Assembly (NCBI GenBank): GCA_024699055.1
Contig: JAILQG010000107.1
Coordinates: 14,494 to 78,493, forward strand
DNA: 64,000 nt
Reading direction: 5' to 3'
Origin: Bacteroidales bacterium
Lineage (GTDB): Bacteria; Bacteroidota; Bacteroidia; Bacteroidales; UBA932
In this document: positions 26,741 to 38,858 of the stretch, piece by piece
Numbering within the stretch: the first letter of the stretch is position 1
How the letters are laid out: each line of letters opens with the position of its first letter
The notes under the pieces: model-generated
What the model saw: the letters and a program-made list of their open reading frames with translations, nothing else
The model's database searches: none
What the model was told of the DNA's origin: nothing
Made by a program: the position numbers and the translations under genes

Positions 26741-29653
26741 ATGAAAAATGAACTGATGTCCCGGAGGATCCGGAGGATTCTCCTTGTCTGCAACAACTAC
26801 GACAGCTACTCCCTCGAGGAGGACGGCCGCATAGAAGCGCAGATAACCCGCGAATACTCGGAGCTCAACCTGAGCAATCCTCCCGTCTTCGTACGTGTGG
26901 AATCCACCCCGGAAGCCCTCGCGCTCGCGGAAAAGGGAGAACGCTTCGACCTTGCCATAACGCTTTACAACGTGGGCGAGGTGGACGTTTTCGAGTTCTC
27001 CCGCCGCATGAAGGAGTACTCTCCAGACATGCCGGTGGTCCTCCTGACATCGTTCTCAAGGGAACTGTACCGCAGGATAGAGGAAAGCGACACTTCCGCA
27101 ATCGACTACATCTTCTGCTGGAACAACTCCCCCGACCTGCTTCTGGCTATCATCAAGCTGCTCGAAGACAAACTCAACGCCGAACACGACATATTCGAAG
27201 GCGGAGTGCAGGCGATACTGCTCGTGGAAGACTCCATACGCTATTATTCCACCTACCTGCCCGTACTCTACAAGCTGGTGCTCCAGCAGAACGTCGATTC
27301 CGTGAGGGACGCGCTCAACGAGAGCCAGCAGATAATGCGAAAGCGCTCGAGGCCCAAGATACTGCTCGCCCGCTGTTACGACGACGCGGAGCAGCTCTAC
27401 AACCGCTACAAGTCCAACATCCTGGGAGTCATCTCCGACATCGGGTTCGTGATGCACCGCGGCGACAAGTCATCTTCCGAGAAGCTGGACGCAGGAGTTC
27501 AGCTCGTGAACATGATACGCGAAGACAACCCCAAAATGCCCGTCCTGATGCAGTCCAGCCAGGAAAGCATGAGGGCCAAGGCCGAAGAGCTGGGCGTGGG
27601 CTTCGTGGTAAAGAAATCCAAGACCCTCATAGGGGAAGTCAGCGAATACATAGGCCGCGAGTTCGGATTCGGGGATTTCATAGTGCTGGATCCCGAAACC
27701 GGAACCGAAACCGCAAGGGCCCGGGACCTCATGGAGCTGGAAAAGGTGCTCGGAACCATCACCGACGCCGAATACGACGCACTGGTCCAGAAGAACTACC
27801 TCTCCAAATGGCTGTTCGCCAGGGGTCTCTTCTCCATAGCCAGGGTGCTGCGCCCGCTGGATAAGCAGAATACTGCGAACCTGCGCGCCATCACCATCAA
27901 GGCCGTGCACGACTACCGCGTGAGCCAGGCTCTCGGCGTGGTGGCGAAGTTCGACCCCGACACCTACAACGACGCCATACGCTTCTCGAAGTTCGGTGAT
28001 GGGTCCCTGGGAGGCAAGGCCCGCGGCCTTTCCTTCCTCAACCACATACTCGAGAAGTACGAGCTCTACGACAAGTGGGAAGATGTCCGCGTGACGGTTC
28101 CCCGCACCCTTGTCGTCGCAACCGACTGTTTCGACGAGTTCCTCCGCAGCAACGACCTGCGTTACATAATCAATTCCGACTGCTCCGACGAGGAGATACT
28201 TTCGGAATTCGTATCCGCATCCCTGCCTCCCAGGCTCTCGGCGGCCCTGAAAGTCTTCCTCCGCAACGTCGAAGGCCCCCTGGCGGTAAGGTCTTCCTCC
28301 AAACTCGAAGATTCCTACTACCAGCCTTTCGCCGGAGTGTACTCAACCTACATGATACCCGGCACTGACAATCTGGACCGCCGTTTCAGGATGCTTTCCA
28401 GGGCTATCAAAAGCGTTTATGCCTCAGTGTATTACGCTTCTTCCAGGGCATATATCACCGCCACCGCGAACGTCATCTCCGAAGAGAAGATGGCCATCAT
28501 CATCCAGGAAGTGTGCGGAAGCGAGGAAGACGGCTTCTTCTTCCCCACCCTGTCCGGCGTGGCGCGTTCGGTGAACTTCTATCCGCTGGGCTACGAAAAG
28601 GCCGAAGAAGGCATAGTCAAGGTTGCCTACGGACTGGGCAAGGCCGTGGTGGACGGCGATCAGGTGCTCCGCTTCTCCCCCGTCTACCCGAAGAACACGC
28701 TGCAGACCTCCACTCCCGACCTCACGATGCGCGAGACCCAGAGGGCCATGTACGCGCTCTCGCTCGATCCCGGCGACTTCCGTGTCTCGGTGGACGATGC
28801 CGTCAACCTGGCGCGCATCGACATAGCGGACTGCGGCCGTTTCGGCAGTCTGGCCAAAGTGGCTTCCACCTGGGACAGCGAGAACATGCGCATAGTCGAT
28901 TCCGCCATTCCCCAGGGGCCGAAGTTCATAACCTTCGCGCACATGCTACGTTACGGTTCCTTCCCGCTCGCCGGCATCTGCCGAGAGCTGCTGGAAATAG
29001 CACGGAAAGAAATGAAATGCGCAGTTGAGATAGAGTTCGCCGCACAGGTCGAAACCGACGGCGACTCCAGCTTCAACGTCCTGCAGATCAGGCCCATATC
29101 GGCCGACAGCCGCGACGCCAAGGTCAACTGGGAAGGCGTCGACGATTCCAGCGCCATACTGCTGTCGTCCAGCGGACTGGGCACGGGCTGGATTAGCGGT
29201 CTGCACGATATAGTATACCTTAAAAAGGAGAGCTTCAACACCTCCAAAACCCTTGAAATCGCATCCGAGGTCACTGCCGTGAACGCGGAACTGCGCAAAG
29301 AGGGCAGGCAGTACGTCCTCATCGGCTACGGCCGCTGGGGCTCCAGCATCCCGTCGCTCGGCGTTCCCGTCAAGTGGAGCGACATCTCCGAAGCCAAGGT
29401 CATAGTCGAGAGCACGCTGGAGAACTTCCGCATAGACCCCAGCCAGGGAACCCATTTCTTCCAGAACCTCACCTCGTTCAACGCCGGATACATCAACGTG
29501 GACTCCTTCTCCCGCCCGGGCGACTGCATCAACTTCGAGGCCCTGGACGCCCTCCCGGCAGTCAGCGAGACGCAGTACCTCCGTCACGTCCGGCTCGACC
29601 GTGACCTCTCCGTCTGCATCGACGGAATGACGGGAAAGGCGCTGATAAAGTAG
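26741..29653 (+). CDS. PEP/pyruvate-binding (PPDK_N) domain protein with N-terminal receiver-like domains
   Basis: SLGGKARGL, LAVRSSSKLED, FAGVYST, LQIRP and GTHFFQN; receiver-like ILLVEDS...ISDIG. Confidence 0.82.
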   Translation: MKNELMSRRIRRILLVCNNYDSYSLEEDGRIEAQITREYSELNLSNPPVFVRVESTPEALALAEKGERFDLAITLYNVGEVDVFEFSRRMKEYSPDMPVVLLTSFSRELYRRIEESDTSAIDYIFCWNNSPDLLLAIIKLLEDKLNAEHDIFEGGVQAILLVEDSIRYYSTYLPVLYKLVLQQNVDSVRDALNESQQIMRKRSRPKILLARCYDDAEQLYNRYKSNILGVISDIGFVMHRGDKSSSEKLDAGVQLVNMIREDNPKMPVLMQSSQESMRAKAEELGVGFVVKKSKTLIGEVSEYIGREFGFGDFIVLDPETGTETARARDLMELEKVLGTITDAEYDALVQKNYLSKWLFARGLFSIARVLRPLDKQNTANLRAITIKAVHDYRVSQALGVVAKFDPDTYNDAIRFSKFGDGSLGGKARGLSFLNHILEKYELYDKWEDVRVTVPRTLVVATDCFDEFLRSNDLRYIINSDCSDEEILSEFVSASLPPRLSAALKVFLRNVEGPLAVRSSSKLEDSYYQPFAGVYSTYMIPGTDNLDRRFRMLSRAIKSVYASVYYASSRAYITATANVISEEKMAIIIQEVCGSEEDGFFFPTLSGVARSVNFYPLGYEKAEEGIVKVAYGLGKAVVDGDQVLRFSPVYPKNTLQTSTPDLTMRETQRAMYALSLDPGDFRVSVDDAVNLARIDIADCGRFGSLAKVASTWDSENMRIVDSAIPQGPKFITFAHMLRYGSFPLAGICRELLEIARKEMKCAVEIEFAAQVETDGDSSFNVLQIRPISADSRDAKVNWEGVDDSSAILLSSSGLGTGWISGLHDIVYLKKESFNTSKTLEIASEVTAVNAELRKEGRQYVLIGYGRWGSSIPSLGVPVKWSDISEAKVIVESTLENFRIDPSQGTHFFQNLTSFNAGYINVDSFSRPGDCINFEALDALPAVSETQYLRHVRLDRDLSVCIDGMTGKALIK

Positions 29654-29668
29654 CGCATAACGGTACAA

Positions 29669-29712
29669 AAGAAACGGCTGACCGGTCGCAGGACCAGTCA
29701 GCCGTTCTTCTT
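29669..29712. terminator. Bidirectional intrinsic terminator between convergent genes
   Basis: AACGGCTGACCGGTC-GCAG-GACCAGTCAGCCGTT hairpin with A-rich and T-rich flanks. Confidence 0.75.
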
Positions 29713-29725
29713 GTATGGAGGTCGA

Positions 29726-33250
<3,525 letters not shown>

Positions 33251-33309
33251 AGTTGATATGTGATGAATTTGATTGGTTTTCAAAGTCTACGAAGATAGCA
33301 ATTATTTTT

Positions 33310-34206
33310 CTAAGAACGGCCTGTTATTTCGACTTCTTTTCCTTCTTTGGTGCTGATGCGCTTCACCAGGCCCTGGAGTACGGTTCCGGGACCGAGTTCG
33401 AGGAAAGAATCGGCGCCGTCGGAAAGCATGTTCTTCACCGAAGCTGTCCAGCGCACGGGGCTGGTGAGCTGCTTCAGGAGATTGTCCTTGATGTGCTCGG
33501 GATCGGTTTCCGGGAGGGCGGTGACATTCTGGTAGACAGGGCACGAGGGTGCGCTGAATGCCGTTTTTTGGATGGCCTTGGCGAGTTCCTCCCTGGCGGG
33601 TTCCATGAGGGGGGAGTGGAAAGCTCCTCCCACCATGAGCGGCAGCGCCCGCTTTGCGCCGGCAGCCTTCATGAGCTCGCAGGCCTGCAGCACCGCCTCC
33701 TTTTCGCCGGAGATGACTATCTGTCCGTCAGAATTGTAATTGGCCGGTACTACTACGCCGCCTTTCGCTGCGATTTCGCCGCAGACCGTTTCGACCGTTT
33801 CGTCGGGCAGGCCGATGATGGCGGCCATGGTGCCGGGTACCTTTTCGCAGCATTTCTGCATGGCCTTTGCGCGTACCGCCACGAGCCTGAGGCCGTCTTC
33901 GAAACTCATGGCGCCGGCGGCCACGAGGGCCGAGAACTCGCCCAGTGAATGCCCCCCTGCCATGTCGGGCTTGCCTACCCTTGCGCAGAGGGCGAGGGCG
34001 GTGGAGTGGATGAAGATGGCCGGCTGGGTGACGTCCGTCGCGCGGAGGGCCTCCTCGGTGCCTCCGAACATGATGTCCGTGATGCGGAAACCGAGTATGT
34101 TATCGGCCTGCTCCATGAGCCTGCGCGCCTTAATGCTGTTCCTGTAGATATCCTTGCCCATTCCGGAGAACTGGGCTCCCTGTCCGGGGAAAACGAATGC
34201 TTTCAT
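33310..34206 (-). CDS. fabD: Malonyl-CoA:ACP transacylase
   Basis: FPGQGAQ, TQPAI, GHSLGE and GAFHSPLM. Confidence 0.95.
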   Translation of the reverse strand: MKAFVFPGQGAQFSGMGKDIYRNSIKARRLMEQADNILGFRITDIMFGGTEEALRATDVTQPAIFIHSTALALCARVGKPDMAGGHSLGEFSALVAAGAMSFEDGLRLVAVRAKAMQKCCEKVPGTMAAIIGLPDETVETVCGEIAAKGGVVVPANYNSDGQIVISGEKEAVLQACELMKAAGAKRALPLMVGGAFHSPLMEPAREELAKAIQKTAFSAPSCPVYQNVTALPETDPEHIKDNLLKQLTSPVRWTASVKNMLSDGADSFLELGPGTVLQGLVKRISTKEGKEVEITGRS

Positions 34207-34272
34207 CGAATAATTTTCAGAAATGGATGTAAGTGCAAATATAGTCAAAAAAAAGCGTATATTTGCGGTCCC

Positions 34273-34344
34273 GCTCCCTTAGTTTAACGGATAGAATAGC
34301 GGATTCCGGTTCCGCTGGTAAAGGTTCGATTCCTTTAGGGAGTA
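34273..34344 (+). tRNA. tRNA-Arg(CCG)
   Basis: Acceptor GCTCCCT/AGGGAGT, anticodon arm GCGGA-TTCCGGT-TCCGC, T-loop GGTTCGATTCC; TATATTTG at 34258-34265. Confidence 0.94.
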
Positions 34345-34351
34345 CATAGAC

Positions 34352-34381
34352 AGCACGGCTTTCAGGCCGTGCTTTTTTTTT
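34352..34381 (+). terminator. Intrinsic terminator after tRNA-Arg
   Basis: AGCACGGC...GCCGTGCT hairpin followed by a run of T. Confidence 0.85.
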
Positions 34382-34538
34382 GCGTACCGTTCCGGCATTC
34401 GTCACTGATGGGGCGAAATTGTCCCGGTCCGACATACAATAAAACATTTGCGTCCCGCGTCCGTCCCGGAATAAGCGGAAAAAACCCCGGCATGAATAAA
34501 AGAAAAAACCGCAGGACCCCCGGAAACATTTAAACTTT

Positions 34539-34590
34539 GGGGGTAAAACCTTTTGTATGGAAGTAAACGGTTATTCGTCCGCAACTTTGC
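34539..34590 (+). promoter_or_regulatory. Promoter region of pilin cluster 2
   Basis: GGGGGTAAAA...AAACGGTTATTC...AACTTTGC, with the same spacing as 21864-21916. Confidence 0.6.
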
Positions 34591-34616
34591 CCTCGCAATA
34601 ACAAAAGATTTGCGAG

Positions 34617-35705
34617 ATGAAAAAAAGTATCAGTTTTGCGCTTCTTGCAGCATGCGCTGCAATTGCGCTTTCCGCCTGTGAGCAGCTCGCGGGCGAGGAC
34701 AAACAACCATTGAATGAAGGTTTTGGAACGCTCACGGTGAATGTCGGCGGCGACTTCGCCATCATAGGCACCAGGGCTTACACCGATGCTTACGAAGGCG
34801 ATAAACTCGCCAAAAACATCCAGATTTTCGTATTCGACGGCGGCGGCAATCTCATCGACTACAGCAACAACGCCACGAATACCGTTTACAAACGCTCCCT
34901 CAAGACTGGAGTCAAGTATACGGTGGCCGCGCTGGTGAACGGCCCCGACGAAAACGCCGTTTCCACACTCACCGCCCTGCGGAACGAAACCCTCACCATG
35001 GAAAACGCGGACCTGTCGGGAAATTCGCGGCAGATCTTCGCGATGTACGGAGAGCAGACAATTCCGGAATTCAGCCAGGAAGGTGCCAATATCAGCCTGG
35101 AGGTGAAGAGCCTGGCATCGCGCATCAGGCTGGTGGAAATCTACAACCGCCTGCCCGCGAAGATGGGACAGCTCACCGTCAATTCCGTCTTCCTGTGCAA
35201 TGCGAAGGGAACGGTCCACGTGGACGGCAGCAGCGCGGGCACATGGTACAACGCTTATGGCAAAAACGCGGTGTCGTCACATCAGGGCGCACCTTACACC
35301 TATATAGAGTATCAGGGTTTGAAGATATCGTCCGGCTCCGGCAGCGGCTCGACTTCGACTAAATGCCTCTATACCTTTCCCAATCCATGCGAATTGCCGC
35401 ACGAGACCGACCTGAGGAACGCGGAGGCCATTTCCGATTCCAATCCGCAGGCGGTCTGGCTCACAGTTTACGGCTCCGTGGTGATAGGAGGAGTGACCGA
35501 AAGCTATTACTGGACGGTCGACGTGGGTGCTGACGACGGAGTGTCCACCACCGGCCTGGCGGCGAATTATACCTACGACGTAACCCTGAGCATAACCGCG
35601 CTGGGAACCACCGACCCGGCCATTCCGGTGACGAAGGCTGAGGCGGCGATAACTGTGGGTGTCAGAAACTGGGATTCCGGAGGAAATGTAAGTGAAGAAC
35701 TGTAA
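34617..35705 (+). CDS. Type V pilin (major subunit candidate)
   Basis: Lipobox LSAC, GTR|A, LYTFPN, YYWTVD and C-terminal ITVGVRNW; paralogous to 21942-23003. Confidence 0.72.
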   Translation: MKKSISFALLAACAAIALSACEQLAGEDKQPLNEGFGTLTVNVGGDFAIIGTRAYTDAYEGDKLAKNIQIFVFDGGGNLIDYSNNATNTVYKRSLKTGVKYTVAALVNGPDENAVSTLTALRNETLTMENADLSGNSRQIFAMYGEQTIPEFSQEGANISLEVKSLASRIRLVEIYNRLPAKMGQLTVNSVFLCNAKGTVHVDGSSAGTWYNAYGKNAVSSHQGAPYTYIEYQGLKISSGSGSGSTSTKCLYTFPNPCELPHETDLRNAEAISDSNPQAVWLTVYGSVVIGGVTESYYWTVDVGADDGVSTTGLAANYTYDVTLSITALGTTDPAIPVTKAEAAITVGVRNWDSGGNVSEEL

Positions 35706-37209
35706 GCCATTGGTCCTGTGCATGTTGTCCGCTGCCATCCTGAGCTCCTGCAGCATCCGGGAAGACAGGGCCCCATGCTATGGCGACCCCATGCTGAACG
35801 CAGGGCCGTCGGAGCTGGTCCTGGACGTGGACGACGGCCCGGTGGCACTGGAAATCTCCACGCTGTCCCCGTCTGCCATCGGTGTGTCCAGCTCCGACAC
35901 ATCCAGGCTTGCCGTGAGTTTCGATGTCCGTTCCGGGAGGCTGTTACTGCTTCCCAGGGCCCCGGGCGGACCGGTGACGGTCACCCTTAAGCAGGAGGAA
36001 TCCGAAGAGGAGGAGTGGTACCGGGCCACTAGCCTGGAACTCAACGTGGTACTGGTGGATACGGTAAATACCGCCCTCGTCCTGGAAAGGACCTTCGGGA
36101 TACTTGATGAAGGCGGCAGTGGAGTCCTGAGCGTAAGCAGCAACTCTCCGGCGGCCATGTCATGGACCCTGTCTGACCCTTCCGTGCTGCGCATGGAAGA
36201 TGACGGCACGGTAACCGCGCTGTCTTACGGGGAATGCCGGGTCACAGTGACGCAGGAAGGGTATACCGACGGCGATTTCGTGACGTGGCTTCCGGCGGAG
36301 AGTTCGGTGTTCGTGGGAGTGGTGGCCGTCCCGAAGATACTGGGCGGCACGGTCCTGCGGCAGGGGGGCAGCGATACCTTGTGGGTGAGCGACCCGTCGC
36401 GTGTGGGGTGGAGCATTGAATGCAGCGGGCTTTCGCCCTCGAAAAAGGCTTCCAGCGGAGACGGCTTCGTGCTGCTTTCCGCCAAGGCCGACTTGCCGGC
36501 GGGGGAGTATACCGTGACACTGTACCGCGGCGACACCGGCGAGAGCTGTGACAGGGCCACAGTCACCCTTCTGGAGAGGGAAAAGGAGCGGCCCCGTTTC
36601 CTGACGTCCAGGCTGGATATCTACAAGCAACCGTCCGCGGCCGGTGCGGCATATGCCGGCATCTCCGATGAGGACGGGTTCGGATGGACGCTCAAGGCCA
36701 ATTCCGCCTTCGTGCTCACTCCTGACAGCGGCTGCGGGGGAACGGAAACGGTAAAGGTGGAGGTGCCCGCCGATTTTGCATACGGTACGTACTACCTGTA
36801 TCTGGCCTCGACAGACGGCAGGACGGTGTACGGAGAACTGCTGGTCTGCGTGAAGACCTACGCCTATTTCGAAGACGCTTCCGACGTGGTGCTGAAAAGG
36901 GGGGAGAGCCTCGTGCTGAATGTGCTGGACATCTCCCACCACGGATGGGGCGTCAGCTGCTGGTCGGGTCCCTGGAGCCGGACCGGGATTCCCGAAGGGG
37001 TATCCATCTGGATGCGCTCCGAAGAAAACCCCGACTGGAAAAACGTCCAGGGGGTGCCCAGCAACAGGACTTACGGCAGCGGACAGGTGCGCCTCGAAGC
37101 TGACATGGATGCCCCGGCGTGCAGTTTCCGTCTGCTCATAACGGTCGACAGCGACGGGCGTACGTATCCGGAATGGTATCACATAATTATCAATGTAACA
37201 ATACCTTAA
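35692..37209 (+). CDS. Lipoprotein with Ig-like (Big_2-type) domains, pilus cluster member
   Basis: Lipobox LSSC followed by SIREDRAPC (Mfa2-like N-terminus); WTLSDPSV..DGTVTALSYG Ig-like motif; GTG start overlaps the upstream stop. Confidence 0.6.
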   Translation: MKNCKPLVLCMLSAAILSSCSIREDRAPCYGDPMLNAGPSELVLDVDDGPVALEISTLSPSAIGVSSSDTSRLAVSFDVRSGRLLLLPRAPGGPVTVTLKQEESEEEEWYRATSLELNVVLVDTVNTALVLERTFGILDEGGSGVLSVSSNSPAAMSWTLSDPSVLRMEDDGTVTALSYGECRVTVTQEGYTDGDFVTWLPAESSVFVGVVAVPKILGGTVLRQGGSDTLWVSDPSRVGWSIECSGLSPSKKASSGDGFVLLSAKADLPAGEYTVTLYRGDTGESCDRATVTLLEREKERPRFLTSRLDIYKQPSAAGAAYAGISDEDGFGWTLKANSAFVLTPDSGCGGTETVKVEVPADFAYGTYYLYLASTDGRTVYGELLVCVKTYAYFEDASDVVLKRGESLVLNVLDISHHGWGVSCWSGPWSRTGIPEGVSIWMRSEENPDWKNVQGVPSNRTYGSGQVRLEADMDAPACSFRLLITVDSDGRTYPEWYHIIINVTIP

Positions 37210-37213
37210 ACAC

Positions 37214-38845
37214 ATGATTTGCTATAGAAAGACCCCTGCGGACCTGCGCAGGGACATGCTTCACAACGCTCTGTCAGTCCTGCTGTTCGGCGCCTTGGTG
37301 TTCAGTATGATGCGTCTTTTTGCATCGTGCCGGGCGGAGGATGGGGTGGAACTCGCCGGTGGGCTCATTACGGTAGAGCGGCCGCCAACCAGGTCGCTGG
37401 TTTCCGACACTGACGCCGTCCGTTCGGTCCAGGTAGCCGCATACCGCCTTGAGGACGGACTCTTCTATAAATCGGCCTCCACCGCATCATACTCCGGGGC
37501 GGGGCTGAAACTGGATCTGCTCAAGGGGTACGACTACCGTATCCTGAGCCTGATAAACTGCGGTGACTCGGCGGTGGACTGGCCTGCACGGCTGTCGGAT
37601 GCGGAGAAGATATCGCTTTTGGCAGACGACGTATCGATGCCGGGAGGCGTCCCTATGGCTGGATCTGCGACCATCCACGTTTCGGGAGATTTCAGCCTCG
37701 CTCTGCAGCCGGACAGGATGGTGTCGAAATGGAGGGTGGAGTTTGTGGACAGGGACGGCCTGGGCTATGCCGTGAAGTTCGCAAGGATGCGCCGGTCCGC
37801 CCGCAATTTCATGCCGTGGTCGCCTTCGAAGGCGACGGTGGTTTTCGATACAGGCGACAGGGCCTCCTCGACCGGAACCGAACTCTACGTGCTCGAAAAT
37901 ATGCGCGGAACCCTTCCCGGCCTTTCCGGGAACGAGTCTGCCGGAGAGGAGGAACTCATGGCCGCGGATCCGGCAGACTACGACAAATACACTTATCTCG
38001 AAGTCGGCCTGGACTTCCCGGAAGGGGCGAAGTACAAACGGGACCCATCCAAACCTGCTGCCGAAGCGGACGTAATCTACCGGGTTTTCCTGCGCGGAAC
38101 CGGGATGAACAATTTCGACATCAGGCGCAATACCGCGTGTACGCTTACCCTTACCGGAACGCAGGATGGTCTTGACAGCGGCACCGTGGACTGGAAGATA
38201 GAAGACAACTCGGTGCCCGCAGGCAACGAGATCAGCGGTACGCTGCGGCCTGCGGCATGGAACGCCGTATGCCCGTCCTCGGCGCTCACCGCCGACCATT
38301 TCACTCCCACATTCATCAACCGGGTGTGCAGGGCGGCTGGATATGGAGGCTGGAGAACGACCAGCGAGATCTCTGCCCTTACGGCTGACGAGGATGCCAT
38401 GACAGCTGTCTGCCGCAGCGCGGAAGCCCTTCGCCTGCTGCTGAAGGAAGGGGATGTGGACGCAGTCCTTGCCCCGTTCGAGACTGCTGTTTTTTCGCTG
38501 GGGCTCGGGAGCGTGGTCGGCGAAACCCTGCGTTCTGCTCCGTCCACCATGTTTTCCAAAACGGAGTATGGCCCGTCGGAGGTACTTACAGGATATCGTG
38601 GAATAGATTATTTTTCCGGCACCAGGTCGATTTTCGCCTGTGAATCACTTTATTATACCCAATACAGCGGCAGGCAGCTTTCCGTCATTTCCTTGCTTAC
38701 CGGGGATACTTATTTTACCGGAAGCAGTCCCGTGACAGGCTCACCGTATCCCCTGAATCCGGCCCTGGCCATGTTCGCCGGCCTGAGGGTTTACAGCATC
38801 TACAAAAACATAGGGGTAGTGGGAACACTGTATGAACCATTATGA
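37214..38845 (+). CDS. Type V pilus minor/tip subunit (DUF4906-like); start uncertain (37214 or 37256)
   Basis: Lipobox FASC, PTR|S, VPMAG, YVLENMRG and YRVFL...NFDIRRN. Confidence 0.62.
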   Translation: MICYRKTPADLRRDMLHNALSVLLFGALVFSMMRLFASCRAEDGVELAGGLITVERPPTRSLVSDTDAVRSVQVAAYRLEDGLFYKSASTASYSGAGLKLDLLKGYDYRILSLINCGDSAVDWPARLSDAEKISLLADDVSMPGGVPMAGSATIHVSGDFSLALQPDRMVSKWRVEFVDRDGLGYAVKFARMRRSARNFMPWSPSKATVVFDTGDRASSTGTELYVLENMRGTLPGLSGNESAGEEELMAADPADYDKYTYLEVGLDFPEGAKYKRDPSKPAAEADVIYRVFLRGTGMNNFDIRRNTACTLTLTGTQDGLDSGTVDWKIEDNSVPAGNEISGTLRPAAWNAVCPSSALTADHFTPTFINRVCRAAGYGGWRTTSEISALTADEDAMTAVCRSAEALRLLLKEGDVDAVLAPFETAVFSLGLGSVVGETLRSAPSTMFSKTEYGPSEVLTGYRGIDYFSGTRSIFACESLYYTQYSGRQLSVISLLTGDTYFTGSSPVTGSPYPLNPALAMFAGLRVYSIYKNIGVVGTLYEPL

Positions 38846-38858
38846 TGATTGACGCGCT

